Shown here: piece by piece, positions 55,730 through 64,000 of the stretch
Layout of the letters: every line of letters starts with the position of its first letter
Numbering within the stretch: the first letter of the stretch is position 1
Assembly (NCBI GenBank): GCA_044343805.1
Contig: JBIJDZ010000003.1
Coordinates: 136 to 64,135, forward strand
Length of the DNA stretch: 64,000 bases
Direction: 5' to 3'
Source of the DNA: Chthoniobacterales bacterium
GTDB lineage: Bacteria; Verrucomicrobiota; Verrucomicrobiia; Chthoniobacterales; JACTMZ01
Notes under the pieces: generated by a model
Told to the model about the DNA's origin: nothing
Seen by the model: only the letters and a program-made list of their open reading frames with translations
The model's database searches: none
Program-made: the position numbers and the translations under genes

Positions 55730-57541
55730 ATGACTACGTTGAAGCTCACGAAGACCCGTCATCAAGATCTGCTCGCTTGGGTGGACGAAATGATGACGCT
55801 GTGCCAACCCGACCATGTCAGCTGGTGCGATGGCTCCGAAGACGAAGATCAAAATCTCAGGCAGGTGATGGTCGATGCGGGTTCGGCGATCCGGCTCAAC
55901 AAAAAAAAACGACCGAACAGCCTTCTCGTCCGTTCAGATCCGCGCGATGTCGCCCGCGTGGAAAAGCGGACTTTCATCTGCAGCAAATCAAAAGACGACG
56001 CCGGGCCGACAAACAACTGGGAGGACCCGGTTGTGATGAAGCAAAAGATGCTCGGCCTCTACCGCGGATGCATGCGCGGCCGCACGATGTACGTGATTCC
56101 TTTCAGCATGGGACCCGTCGGATCCAAAATCGCCCGCATCGGCGTGGAGATCACCGATTCACCCTACGTCGTCATCAACATGCGCATCATGACGCGCATA
56201 GGACAACCTGTTCTCGATGCACTCGGCACCGACGGATTCTACGTCAAATGCCTGCACTCGGTCGGTTGCCCGCTTAACGACGGTTGCTCCGACGTCGCCT
56301 GGCCCTGCAATCCGGAAAACACTTATATCACCCACTTCCCCGAGGAACGCCTCATCATGAGCTACGGCAGCGGCTACGGCGGCAACGCCCTCTTGGGAAA
56401 AAAATGCCTCGCCCTGCGTATCGCCTCAGTCATCGGGCGCGATGAGGGATGGATGGCCGAGCACATGCTTATACTTGGACTCGAAACTCCTGATGGGCAA
56501 AAAAGCTACGTCACTGCAGCCTTTCCCAGTGCATGCGGCAAGACCAACTTCGCCATGCTGGTGCCCCCTGAGGCACTGAAAGAATACAAAGTTACCACTG
56601 TTGGCGATGACATCGCCTGGCTTCAACCGGGAGCAGACGGAAAACCCCATGCCATCAACCCCGAAGCCGGTTGGTTTGGCGTCGCTCCCGGCACGTCCTA
56701 CAAGACGAACCCCAACGCCATGGAGTCCTGCCGCCGCGACAGTATTTTCACCAACGTCGCGCTCACCGATGACGGTGACGTCTGGTGGGAAGGAATGACC
56801 GATGAGCCGCCTGAACATTTGATCAGCTGGCTGGGCGAGGACTGGACTCCCGGCTGCGGCAAACCCTCCTCGCACCCGAATTCGCGTTTCACCGCGCCAG
56901 CCCGCAACTGTCCGTGTATCGATCCGGAATGGGAAAATCCCGACGGGGTCCCGATCGATGCGATCATCTTCGGCGGACGCCGCATGAATGACATTCCGCT
57001 CGTTTTCGAAACCCGCAACTGGAACCACGGCACCTTCGTCGGAGCGACCCTCAGCTCCGAACAGACAGCCGCCGCGGAGGGCCAAGTCGGAGCTTTGCGG
57101 CGCGACCCGATGGCGATGCTGCCGTTCTGCGGATACCACATCGGCGATTACTTCCGCCACTGGCTCGACATGGGCGAAAAATTTGACACCCATAAGCCGC
57201 GCATCTTCCACGTGAATTGGTTCCGCAAAGATCGCAACGGAAAATTCTTTTGGCCTGGCTTCGGTGAAAACCTGCGCGTGCTGGCCTGGATCGTTGCTCG
57301 CTGTCGTGGGCAAGCGGGAGGCGCGGAAAGCCCGCTCGGCATTGTGCCCGGTTACCACGATATGCACTGGGAAGGTCTGTCCTATCCCGCACAACGTTTT
57401 GCCGAGCTGATGTCGGAAGACCCGGCACGCCTCGCCGACCAAGTCCATTCCAACGACAGTTTCTTCTCCGAAATCGGCCACAAGTTTCCGGCGGAATTGA
57501 AAAAAGAGGAGGCCAGCATTATCAGCCGCCTACAATCATGA
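55730..57541 (+). CDS. pckG: Phosphoenolpyruvate carboxykinase (GTP)
   Basis: 603 aa. ...[11 protein letters not shown]......[25 protein letters not shown] and AWLQPG..G are present. Confidence 0.96.
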   Translation: MTTLKLTKTRHQDLLAWVDEMMTLCQPDHVSWCDGSEDEDQNLRQVMVDAGSAIRLNKKKRPNSLLVRSDPRDVARVEKRTFICSKSKDDAGPTNNWEDPVVMKQKMLGLYRGCMRGRTMYVIPFSMGPVGSKIARIGVEITDSPYVVINMRIMTRIGQPVLDALGTDGFYVKCLHSVGCPLNDGCSDVAWPCNPENTYITHFPEERLIMSYGSGYGGNALLGKKCLALRIASVIGRDEGWMAEHMLILGLETPDGQKSYVTAAFPSACGKTNFAMLVPPEALKEYKVTTVGDDIAWLQPGADGKPHAINPEAGWFGVAPGTSYKTNPNAMESCRRDSIFTNVALTDDGDVWWEGMTDEPPEHLISWLGEDWTPGCGKPSSHPNSRFTAPARNCPCIDPEWENPDGVPIDAIIFGGRRMNDIPLVFETRNWNHGTFVGATLSSEQTAAAEGQVGALRRDPMAMLPFCGYHIGDYFRHWLDMGEKFDTHKPRIFHVNWFRKDRNGKFFWPGFGENLRVLAWIVARCRGQAGGAESPLGIVPGYHDMHWEGLSYPAQRFAELMSEDPARLADQVHSNDSFFSEIGHKFPAELKKEEASIISRLQS

Positions 57542-58140
57542 ACAAAACTGTTGCCCTCGCCGCTGTATTGATGGCGGGTATTTTTTCGTCCGCGCACGCG
57601 CAGAGTGATTCGCTGGAGGAAAATTTGGCCATCGGCGATCAGGTGTCCGGCGAGCTTTTCGGGCAGCTCATGTCCGTGCTACAGACGAAGATCGCCTCGG
57701 ACGGCGCCGAAGCGGCGATTGCTTACTGCCGCTTGGAAGCTTTGCCGGTCACTAAAGAAGTCGGGCTGAATTTTCCGCAAATAAAATCGCTACGCCGGAC
57801 TGCCATCCGCACCCGCAACCCCGCCAACAAGCCAGATACGACAGATCGCAGGGTGTTGGAGGATTGGCATAGAGCGTGGTCTCCCAGGTCCCCACCGAAA
57901 CCCGTCATGCTCGAAGTCGATCTGGAGGACGGCCGTAGAGAAATTCGTTACTATCGTCCCGTCCTGACCATGACAACATGCCTCGCCTGCCATGGCTCAC
58001 CCGCCGATTTGTCCGCCGGAGTCAAAGCGGCTTTGCGCAGGGACTACCCGGAGGACGAAGCAACCGGCTTTGCCGAAGGAGACTTGCGCGGAGCGATTGT
58101 CGTGACGTTCGCCGATGACGAGACCCCCAACTCAGATTGA
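57538..58140 (+). CDS. Secreted DUF3365 (Tll0287-like) c-type haem protein
   Basis: ATGA overlap with the pckG stop. Signal peptide. ...[11 protein letters not shown]... , haem-binding CLACH, and GDLRGAIVV. Confidence 0.75.
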   Translation: MNKTVALAAVLMAGIFSSAHAQSDSLEENLAIGDQVSGELFGQLMSVLQTKIASDGAEAAIAYCRLEALPVTKEVGLNFPQIKSLRRTAIRTRNPANKPDTTDRRVLEDWHRAWSPRSPPKPVMLEVDLEDGRREIRYYRPVLTMTTCLACHGSPADLSAGVKAALRRDYPEDEATGFAEGDLRGAIVVTFADDETPNSD

Positions 58141-58859
58141 AGAAATTCCAACGTCGCGCGGCGAAAGAAGGCAAACATTTCATTATCGGGGCCACCGCGT
58201 GGCGATTCCGCGTCCAAATGATCCGCGCCCTCTATCGATACCTCTCGCAAGCGTCCCCCAAACCCCAAAAGCATCTGCCTGGCATTACCGTTATCGTTGA
58301 GCGCCGAGGCCTCGGCTAAAAGCGCCAATCCCGCCACTCGGACGCCAACAGCCGCCATCTGACCTTGGCCATGACGATCCACGGGATCCAAACCAACCCA
58401 GGCATTGACTGACGGCTTCAGAATGGCGGCAGCCATCAATGTCTCAAGACCGCCCTTGGAAAACCCAACCAAGGCAACCTTTCCGTTCGAGCGTGAAGAA
58501 ACCGGCAACTGCGCCGAGCGGACCAACTCTGTCAGTTGAACCAAGGCACGGGCATTGCGCACGGGATCGACCAAGGCCGGCATGGACGGAACCACCGCAA
58601 CCATCCCGGCTTCAGACAAAGCAACACCCCAGTGCGCCATGTTTTCCTTGCGCCCCAAAAAACCATGCACAACAACCACCACGGGTGCAGGCCGGCTATT
58701 TCGCGGGCGGTAAAAATCCACCGAAATTTGCCCCGCCTCCAAGCGGATCATTTTACTCTCTTTGATCACGTTCTCTGGAACGGCCGGACGGGAAACGCAT
58801 CCCGTCCATGCCGCGCAGCATGCCGCAAAAAGAGAGAGACCACGAATTTTTGACATCAT
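58044..58859 (-). CDS. Alpha/beta-hydrolase lipoprotein (dienelactone-hydrolase/chlorophyllase-like)
   Basis: ATGATG at 58859/58856 overlaps the upstream stop. MMSKIRGLSLFAACCAAWTGC (lipobox). VVVVHGFLGRKE, with nucleophile elbow GFSKGG. The last ~32 codons overlap the convergent DUF3365 gene. Confidence 0.7.
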   Translation of the reverse strand: MMSKIRGLSLFAACCAAWTGCVSRPAVPENVIKESKMIRLEAGQISVDFYRPRNSRPAPVVVVVHGFLGRKENMAHWGVALSEAGMVAVVPSMPALVDPVRNARALVQLTELVRSAQLPVSSRSNGKVALVGFSKGGLETLMAAAILKPSVNAWVGLDPVDRHGQGQMAAVGVRVAGLALLAEASALNDNGNARQMLLGFGGRLREVSIEGADHLDAESPRGGPDNEMFAFFRRATLEFLQSELGVSSSANVTTIAPRKSPSAKPVASSSG

Positions 58860-59860
58860 AACTTGACGCGCAGCTTGGCCAGCCACCTTTCAGGGACAGC
58901 AACGCCAGAGGCTCCAACCAAAGCCCCCACCACCACACCACGATGACAGTTGTCCCCGCCAAGATTGGCATTCGCAATGAGGGCACTCTCGAGATCGTCT
59001 CCGTATTTCCAAGCGAGAAAGAGCGATGCAGGAAAAGCATCCGATAGATAGCATGCCGGACTGAGGATGCTCCCGACAACTTCCTCGTCGGTCCGCAATG
59101 CCCAGGACTCGAATTTTCTACGACCGCACCAGCCATTGCCTAAGCGCTCGATACCCTCACGGAGACCAGCACCGTTAAGAATAGCCAAAAGCATGCACGC
59201 GAAATCTCGAGCCGCCGTTTCAACAAGTTCACCGCGATGCGTCAAACGAACGTGAGCCGAGACCGCTTTCAACAAAGCCTCTTCATCATCCGCAAACCAT
59301 GACGCCAGCACCGGCACATGCGACAAACCTCCGATATGGATATCTTCCCCGCCGCAGTCCTCGGGCTTCTTTCCCCGGGCATAGCTCGTGAAAAAATTCC
59401 GATGGCACTCCTCAATGTAAGTGTCGCGATGCCGGCCTGGCGTTGTCATGAAGTCGACATAACGCCTCAGGTAGTCGGAACCTTCGTAGCCACCGCACTC
59501 GGCCAGCGAATCAAGCAAAACGCGGGCCAACTGCATGTTCAGCGTGCTCTCCCCAGCTCGCAAAAATTGGTGATAATGCGCGCCGCGTTGCCCCCAAAAC
59601 CTCGCTTGGTCATGCAAAATCTCGCCCCGCGCATTGGGAGCGGCGTAGGAAGAACGCCAAAGGATGCTGTCGGGGTGCGGACTTTTGGGAGCCACGAAAT
59701 CTCTCACACATCCGTAGTCCCTCAACAAGGCCGCCCGGTCATAATACCAGTGAACCGGCATAGCCAAAGCATCACCCGCAAATGCACCCAAGAGACAGTG
59801 ACGACGACGAATGTTATCGGGAAAGAAAGTGCTTTGTGGGGAAGTTGGCATAAAAGACAT
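58856..59860 (-). CDS. ADP-ribosylglycohydrolase family protein
   Basis: ATG 59860: MSFMPT...CLLGAFAGDALAMPVHWYYD......GGDNCHRGVVVGALVGA. No signal peptide. Confidence 0.8.
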   Translation of the reverse strand: MSFMPTSPQSTFFPDNIRRRHCLLGAFAGDALAMPVHWYYDRAALLRDYGCVRDFVAPKSPHPDSILWRSSYAAPNARGEILHDQARFWGQRGAHYHQFLRAGESTLNMQLARVLLDSLAECGGYEGSDYLRRYVDFMTTPGRHRDTYIEECHRNFFTSYARGKKPEDCGGEDIHIGGLSHVPVLASWFADDEEALLKAVSAHVRLTHRGELVETAARDFACMLLAILNGAGLREGIERLGNGWCGRRKFESWALRTDEEVVGSILSPACYLSDAFPASLFLAWKYGDDLESALIANANLGGDNCHRGVVVGALVGASGVAVPERWLAKLRVKL

Positions 59861-59951
59861 TCGCCGCGCCGCAGGCAGCAGGCAAGCACACCCATCAGCC
59901 GCGGCATTTGACACACATGCGCGCTCCGTTTATTCATGATTCTTCGCCAAT

Positions 59952-60024
59952 GGTGGCCGTAGCTCAATGGCAGAGCCCCGGATTGTGATTCCGGTTGTTG
60001 CGGGTTCGAGTCCCGTCGGCCACC
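59952..60024 (+). tRNA. tRNA-His (anticodon GUG) with encoded G-1
   Basis: G-GTGGCCG-TA-GCTC-AATGGCA-GAGC-C-CCGGA-TTGTGAT-TCCGG...GCGGG-TTCGAGT-CCCGT-CGGCCAC-C. Confidence 0.95.
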
Positions 60025-60046
60025 CATCCATACGGCTCTCGATGCA

Positions 60047-61075
60047 ATGCCGACAGACGATAAATTCATGTACGAAGCCGTTGTTCTGGCTCGGCGAGGT
60101 CTGGGCCACACGCACCCCAACCCCGCTGTAGGCTGCGTAATCGTCAACAATGGAGAGATCATTGGCCGAGGATGGCATCGCAAAGCCGGTCTTCCCCATG
60201 CCGAGGTGGAAGCCCTGCGGGCCATCAAACAGCCCAAAAAGGCCATCGGGGCAACCGCCTACATCACTATGGAGCCGTGCTCTACCCATGGACGCACACC
60301 GCCATGCACAGATGCATTAGCCCGAGCAGGAATCAAACGCGTCGTTATAGGTGTGATTGACCCCAACCCGCGACATCGTGGACGAGCCTTGAAAAAACTC
60401 GGTCGCCTCGGCATCAAAACGAAATCTGGCGTGCTTCAAGACGAGTGCCAGTCTCTGAACCCAGAGTTCGACCACTTCATGTCTACCGGTTTTCCTTGGG
60501 TGATCGTCAAGTGCGGCATGTCGCTCGACGGTCGCCTCACCCGCCCACCCGGAGAAAGCCGATGGATCACCTCCACAGCCGCCCGAGCCGACGCCATGAA
60601 GCTCCGCGCTCAGGTCGATGCCGTGCTGGTCGGAGCAGGCACAGTAAGAGCGGACAACCCTTCTCTGACCGTGCGGGGAATACGCGGCGCCAAACAGCCA
60701 TGGCGTATCGTATGGGCGCCACGCGGCATGTCATCATTATCTGAAGCACAAATTTTCCACGACACTTGGAAAGAACACACCGTGGTTCTCGAAGATAAGA
60801 CTCTCCGTTCCGCTTTGCGCAAGTTGGCCCAACGCGGCATCAGCAAGATTCTTGTCGAAGGAGGCGGCCACACCTTGGGGTGCCTTTTCGACGAAAGGCT
60901 CGTAAATGAAGCGGTATTTTACGTCGCCCCCGTTATCTCTGGCGGCAAGACACCCTCCATCGGCGGCAAAGGCATAAGTCATGCAGACTTAGCCGCTTCA
61001 CTTGTAAACCCGGCTTGGCGAAGACTTGGCGAATGTTTGGTCGTTAGAGGAAAAGTCACCGGCTCTAACGCTTGA
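60047..61075 (+). CDS. ribD: Bifunctional riboflavin biosynthesis deaminase/reductase
   Basis: 342 aa. ...NP.VGCVIV..GEIIGRGWH.KAG.PHAEV.AL......GATAYITMEPCSTHGRTPPC. A C-terminal reductase half follows. Confidence 0.95.
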   Translation: MPTDDKFMYEAVVLARRGLGHTHPNPAVGCVIVNNGEIIGRGWHRKAGLPHAEVEALRAIKQPKKAIGATAYITMEPCSTHGRTPPCTDALARAGIKRVVIGVIDPNPRHRGRALKKLGRLGIKTKSGVLQDECQSLNPEFDHFMSTGFPWVIVKCGMSLDGRLTRPPGESRWITSTAARADAMKLRAQVDAVLVGAGTVRADNPSLTVRGIRGAKQPWRIVWAPRGMSSLSEAQIFHDTWKEHTVVLEDKTLRSALRKLAQRGISKILVEGGGHTLGCLFDERLVNEAVFYVAPVISGGKTPSIGGKGISHADLAASLVNPAWRRLGECLVVRGKVTGSNA

Positions 61076-61182
61076 AAAATCACTGTCAAATTTGATTAGT
61101 TTTATCTTGCTCCTAGTTGAAATCAGCTCCAACCTTTTGTCGCGGGTGTAAATCCGCAAGCAAACAAACCCAAAACCTAATC

Positions 61183-61800
61183 ATGAAAAAATACATCATC
61201 ACTGGCATCATGGCCGCTTTCGCCGCTACATCGGCGTTTGCTGGCACTGCTGTCTCCAAACAAGTTGTTGAAGTTGAAGAGCCCTGTCTCTTCCGCGACA
61301 ATGAGCTCCAAATCGACGCGTTCGGTCTTGGTGACTTCTATCGAGGCAACTTCGATATGTCCGGTCGTCCTGCATGGGGCGGCGGTCTTGGCGTTAACTA
61401 CTTCTTCTCGAGGTATCTTGGCGTCGGTATCGAGCAAGACCTCTACGGTCGTAACAGCAAGGGTAATGGAGCCCAAGGCAACGACTTCGGTTACACCCGC
61501 TGGGCCACCATCGGTAACCTCTTTGTGCGTTACCCGATCTGCTCTTGGAACCTCGCCCCTTACCTCATGGTCGGCGGCGGCGCCAACTACGGCAACGTCG
61601 GCGGCGGTTATGTCGGCACCCCCGGCAGCCGTCCCAACAAGCTCGCCGGACAAGGCTTCGGCCATGTCGGCGGCGGACTTGAGTATCGCGTGACCGAAAC
61701 GATCGGTCTGTTCAGCGATGCCCGCTACCTCTTCTCGGGTGTGAGCGGCCTGCCGAACAACCAACTCCTGTGGCGCTACGGTGTCCGCTTCGCGTTCTAA
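61183..61800 (+). CDS. Small outer-membrane beta-barrel protein (OmpA-beta-barrel/OmpW-like)
   Basis: ATG 61183: MKKYIITGIMAAFAATSAFA. Alternating amphipathic strands; the C-terminus is ...LLWRYGVRFAF (terminal Phe). Confidence 0.75.
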   Translation: MKKYIITGIMAAFAATSAFAGTAVSKQVVEVEEPCLFRDNELQIDAFGLGDFYRGNFDMSGRPAWGGGLGVNYFFSRYLGVGIEQDLYGRNSKGNGAQGNDFGYTRWATIGNLFVRYPICSWNLAPYLMVGGGANYGNVGGGYVGTPGSRPNKLAGQGFGHVGGGLEYRVTETIGLFSDARYLFSGVSGLPNNQLLWRYGVRFAF

Positions 61801-61822
61801 TAGAACGACCGAATTAATTCAC

Positions 61823-61857
61823 AAAACGGCGTCGGGGCAACCCGACGCCGTTTTTTG
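61823..61857 (+). terminator. Rho-independent terminator of the OMP gene
   Basis: AAAA-CGGCGTCGGG-GCAA-CCCGACGCCG-TTTTTTGTT. 10-bp stem. Confidence 0.9.
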
Positions 61858-61975
61858 TTGCAAATAAAGCATGACGGTCTTCCGTTGAGGGGCCATGCAG
61901 CCGGCGCAGATTGTTTTAGGGTGGAGCGCAGCGTTCCACGACACGACAGATACAACTCCAACATCCCAACAACAC

Positions 61976-62093
61976 AGGGGACAAGCGCCTGTTATTCTAT
62001 GGGGTGGCACAGAAGCACATTAAGTCAGCCAAGTTGCCAGCGCTGTGTATTGACCAACCGGCACCAACAAAAGAACAGGCGCTACACTCCCCT
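61976..62093. repeat. Long-range inverted repeat in a non-coding gap (possible structured RNA or complex terminator downstream of tsf)
   Basis: AGGGG-aca-AGCGCCTGTT (61976-61993) is complementary to AACAGGCGCT-acact-CCCCT (62074-62093). That is 10 + 5 bp across an ~80-nt insert. No ORF is compatible with neighbouring genes. Confidence 0.4.
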
Positions 62094-62121
62094 CTTTCCC
62101 TTAGGGGCCCCAGTTAAAAAC

Positions 62122-62739
62122 CTACTCCGCAGCTGGTTCGTCGGCCACACCTTCACCAACCATGTAGCGGGTGAAACGGCGAATGACGATGTTCTCACCC
62201 AACTCGGAGATCTTCGCTTTAACCAACTCAGTTATGGTCATGTCGGGGTTTTTGATGAAAGGCTGCTCCATCAAGCAAACTGTACCAAGATACTTTTCGA
62301 CTTTGCCCTCGACAATTTTGTCGACGATGTTGGCCGGCTTACCCTCTACTTGTTTGCGGTAAATCGAACGCTCGCGTTCGATCTCGTCGGCATCGATCTG
62401 TTCGCGGGAGACGCACGTGGGGTTTGCCGCCGCAATATGAAGAGTAATGTCTTTAACAAAGTCGCGGAAGTTTTCGTTTTTAGCCACAAAATCAGTTTCA
62501 CAATTGACTTCGACCAACACGCCCACTTTCCCTTGAAGATGGATGTATGAAGCAATAATGCCCTCCTTGGCACTGCGTGTCGCCTTTTTCCCAGCAGAGG
62601 CAATGCCTTTGGCTCGCAAAATTTCTTCGGCTTTTTTGATATCGCCACCAGCCTCGGTAAGAGCTCGTTTGCAATCCATCATTCCTGCATTGGTTTTTTC
62701 CCGCAGGTCTCGGACAAGTTGAGATGAAATATCGGACAT
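62122..62739 (-). CDS. tsf: Elongation factor Ts (short form)
   Basis: 205 aa. ...LVRDLREKTNAGMMDCKRALTEAGGDIKKAEEILR.KG...A.KKA.R.A.EG. Confidence 0.95.
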   Translation of the reverse strand: MSDISSQLVRDLREKTNAGMMDCKRALTEAGGDIKKAEEILRAKGIASAGKKATRSAKEGIIASYIHLQGKVGVLVEVNCETDFVAKNENFRDFVKDITLHIAAANPTCVSREQIDADEIERERSIYRKQVEGKPANIVDKIVEGKVEKYLGTVCLMEQPFIKNPDMTITELVKAKISELGENIVIRRFTRYMVGEGVADEPAAE

Positions 62740-62796
62740 AAAACTTTAAATTTAGGATGCGTCTCTTGAGGGGTGACTGCTTCGCAGCTAGGGGCT

Positions 62797-63525
62797 CTAT
62801 TCGGCAACAGCAGACATTTCCGGCTCAACTTTTTTCTGGCGAACGGCCGTGGCACCATTGATTGCGTCGACAAGCTTCTGCAAAACAACTCGGATTGAGC
62901 GGATAGCATCGTCATTTCCGGCAATTGGGTAATCGACCAACTCGGGATTACTGTTTGTGTCAACGATAGCCACAACCGGGATACCGAGGCGGTTGGCCTC
63001 GTGGACGGCAATGTCTTCACGTGTGGTGTCAATCACCACCAGAGCGCCTGGCAATTTTTCCATTTCGCGCAATCCATCGAGATTTTTTGCAAGGCGTGAT
63101 TGCTCGCGGCGGAGCGAGGCTTGCTCTTTTTTGCCGATCTTGGAGACGCCAGGGCCTGAGAGCTTTTTCTCGATCTCGTTAAGACGAGCGACACTTTTGC
63201 GAATGGTCGCCAAATTTGTCAAAGTCCCCCCGAGCCAACGGTTGTGTACATAAAACTGACCGCACGATTCGGCTGCCTCTTTCACGGCTTCCTGCGCTTG
63301 TTTTTTGCATCCGACAAAAAGAATACGTCGTCCACCAGACACCGCGTCGGAAAGGAACTTCGTAGCGCGGTCCAGTTGCTCAACCGTTCGACTAATGTCG
63401 ATGATATAAATGTCGTTTTTTTCCTCGAGGATGAACTCCCGCATTTTAGGGTTCCATCTTTTTGTCTGGTGACCGTAGTGGACCCCTGACTCAAGTAGTT
63501 CGTTGATCAGCTCAATATTAGCCAT
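62797..63525 (-). CDS. rpsB: 30S ribosomal protein S2
   Basis: 242 aa. ...[21 protein letters not shown]......IYIID...T. Confidence 0.96.
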   Translation of the reverse strand: MANIELINELLESGVHYGHQTKRWNPKMREFILEEKNDIYIIDISRTVEQLDRATKFLSDAVSGGRRILFVGCKKQAQEAVKEAAESCGQFYVHNRWLGGTLTNLATIRKSVARLNEIEKKLSGPGVSKIGKKEQASLRREQSRLAKNLDGLREMEKLPGALVVIDTTREDIAVHEANRLGIPVVAIVDTNSNPELVDYPIAGNDDAIRSIRVVLQKLVDAINGATAVRQKKVEPEMSAVAE

Positions 63526-63555
63526 GTTTGTGGTGATATCTGGTTTTGTTGCGGA

Positions 63556-64000
<445 letters not shown>

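Noticed and set aside
56426-57481. A 351-aa ORF antisense to pckG. Similar cases are 31306-32454 opposite pgi, 11887-12738 opposite the transporter, and 23194-23859 opposite ispF.
   Set aside because: All are in the codon-aligned antisense frame of well-supported genes. They show no recognisable domains, signals or independent start context. They are shadow ORFs caused by codon bias.
60025-60046. An FMN riboswitch expected upstream of ribD.
   Set aside because: Only 22 nt separate tRNA-His from the ribD ATG. This is far too short for an FMN element, and no conserved FMN-box sequence is present.
61855-62550. A 231-aa plus-strand ORF running from the intergenic gap into tsf.
   Set aside because: Most of it is antisense to the clearly conserved EF-Ts gene, and the product has no recognisable features.

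Overview
GC-rich (about 60% by eye, not computed) chromosomal segment. The gene content points to a PVC-superphylum, Verrucomicrobiota-like organism: a PEP-CTERM protein, a DUF1559 prepilin-like protein, a sulfatase/FGE pair, many lipoproteins, and an H1-like K/A-rich mini-protein. This taxonomic call is inference only.

I call about 70 CDS and 7 tRNAs: Leu-UAA, Gly-GCC, Gly-CCC, Ser-UGA, Asn-GUU, Val-UAC and His-GUG. I also call several clear rho-independent terminators and one long-range inverted repeat in a non-coding gap. Most of the window is housekeeping:
- translation and transcription: rpsA, rpsB, tsf, the rpoC 3' end, gatCA, cysS
- cofactor and isoprenoid synthesis: folB, ribD, ispF, coaC, a bioC module
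- central metabolism and nucleotide genes: pgi, pckG, gmk, yicC
- iron-sulfur assembly and DNA damage tolerance: sufSU, umuDC

Genes are densely packed, and many neighbours share 1- or 4-nt stop/start overlaps (ATGA, GTGA, TGATG). I found no rRNA, CRISPR array, transposase, integrase, prophage genes or recognisable defence system.

I could not identify one compelling, clearly novel multi-gene system. The best candidates for follow-up are:
- a GT4-(alpha/alpha)6 fusion plus extended GH130 two-gene cassette (48025-51797)
- a BioH-like/BioC/MEKHLA translationally coupled triplet (32959-34783)
- a HAD-Nudix fusion coupled to folB (4252-5621)
- a small exported CxxCxxC peptide gene with its own terminator (36779-36988)
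- a PPPDE-like/DUF308 fusion (34752-35798)
- a membrane-CxxC / DUF1559 / PEP-CTERM trio (45319-47343)
- an unlisted 37-aa histone-H1-like gene (22291-22404)

All family assignments come from motif recognition by eye. No database search, HMM or folding computation was run. The ORF track accepts TTG and GTG as starts, so I re-derived several starts from the sequence.
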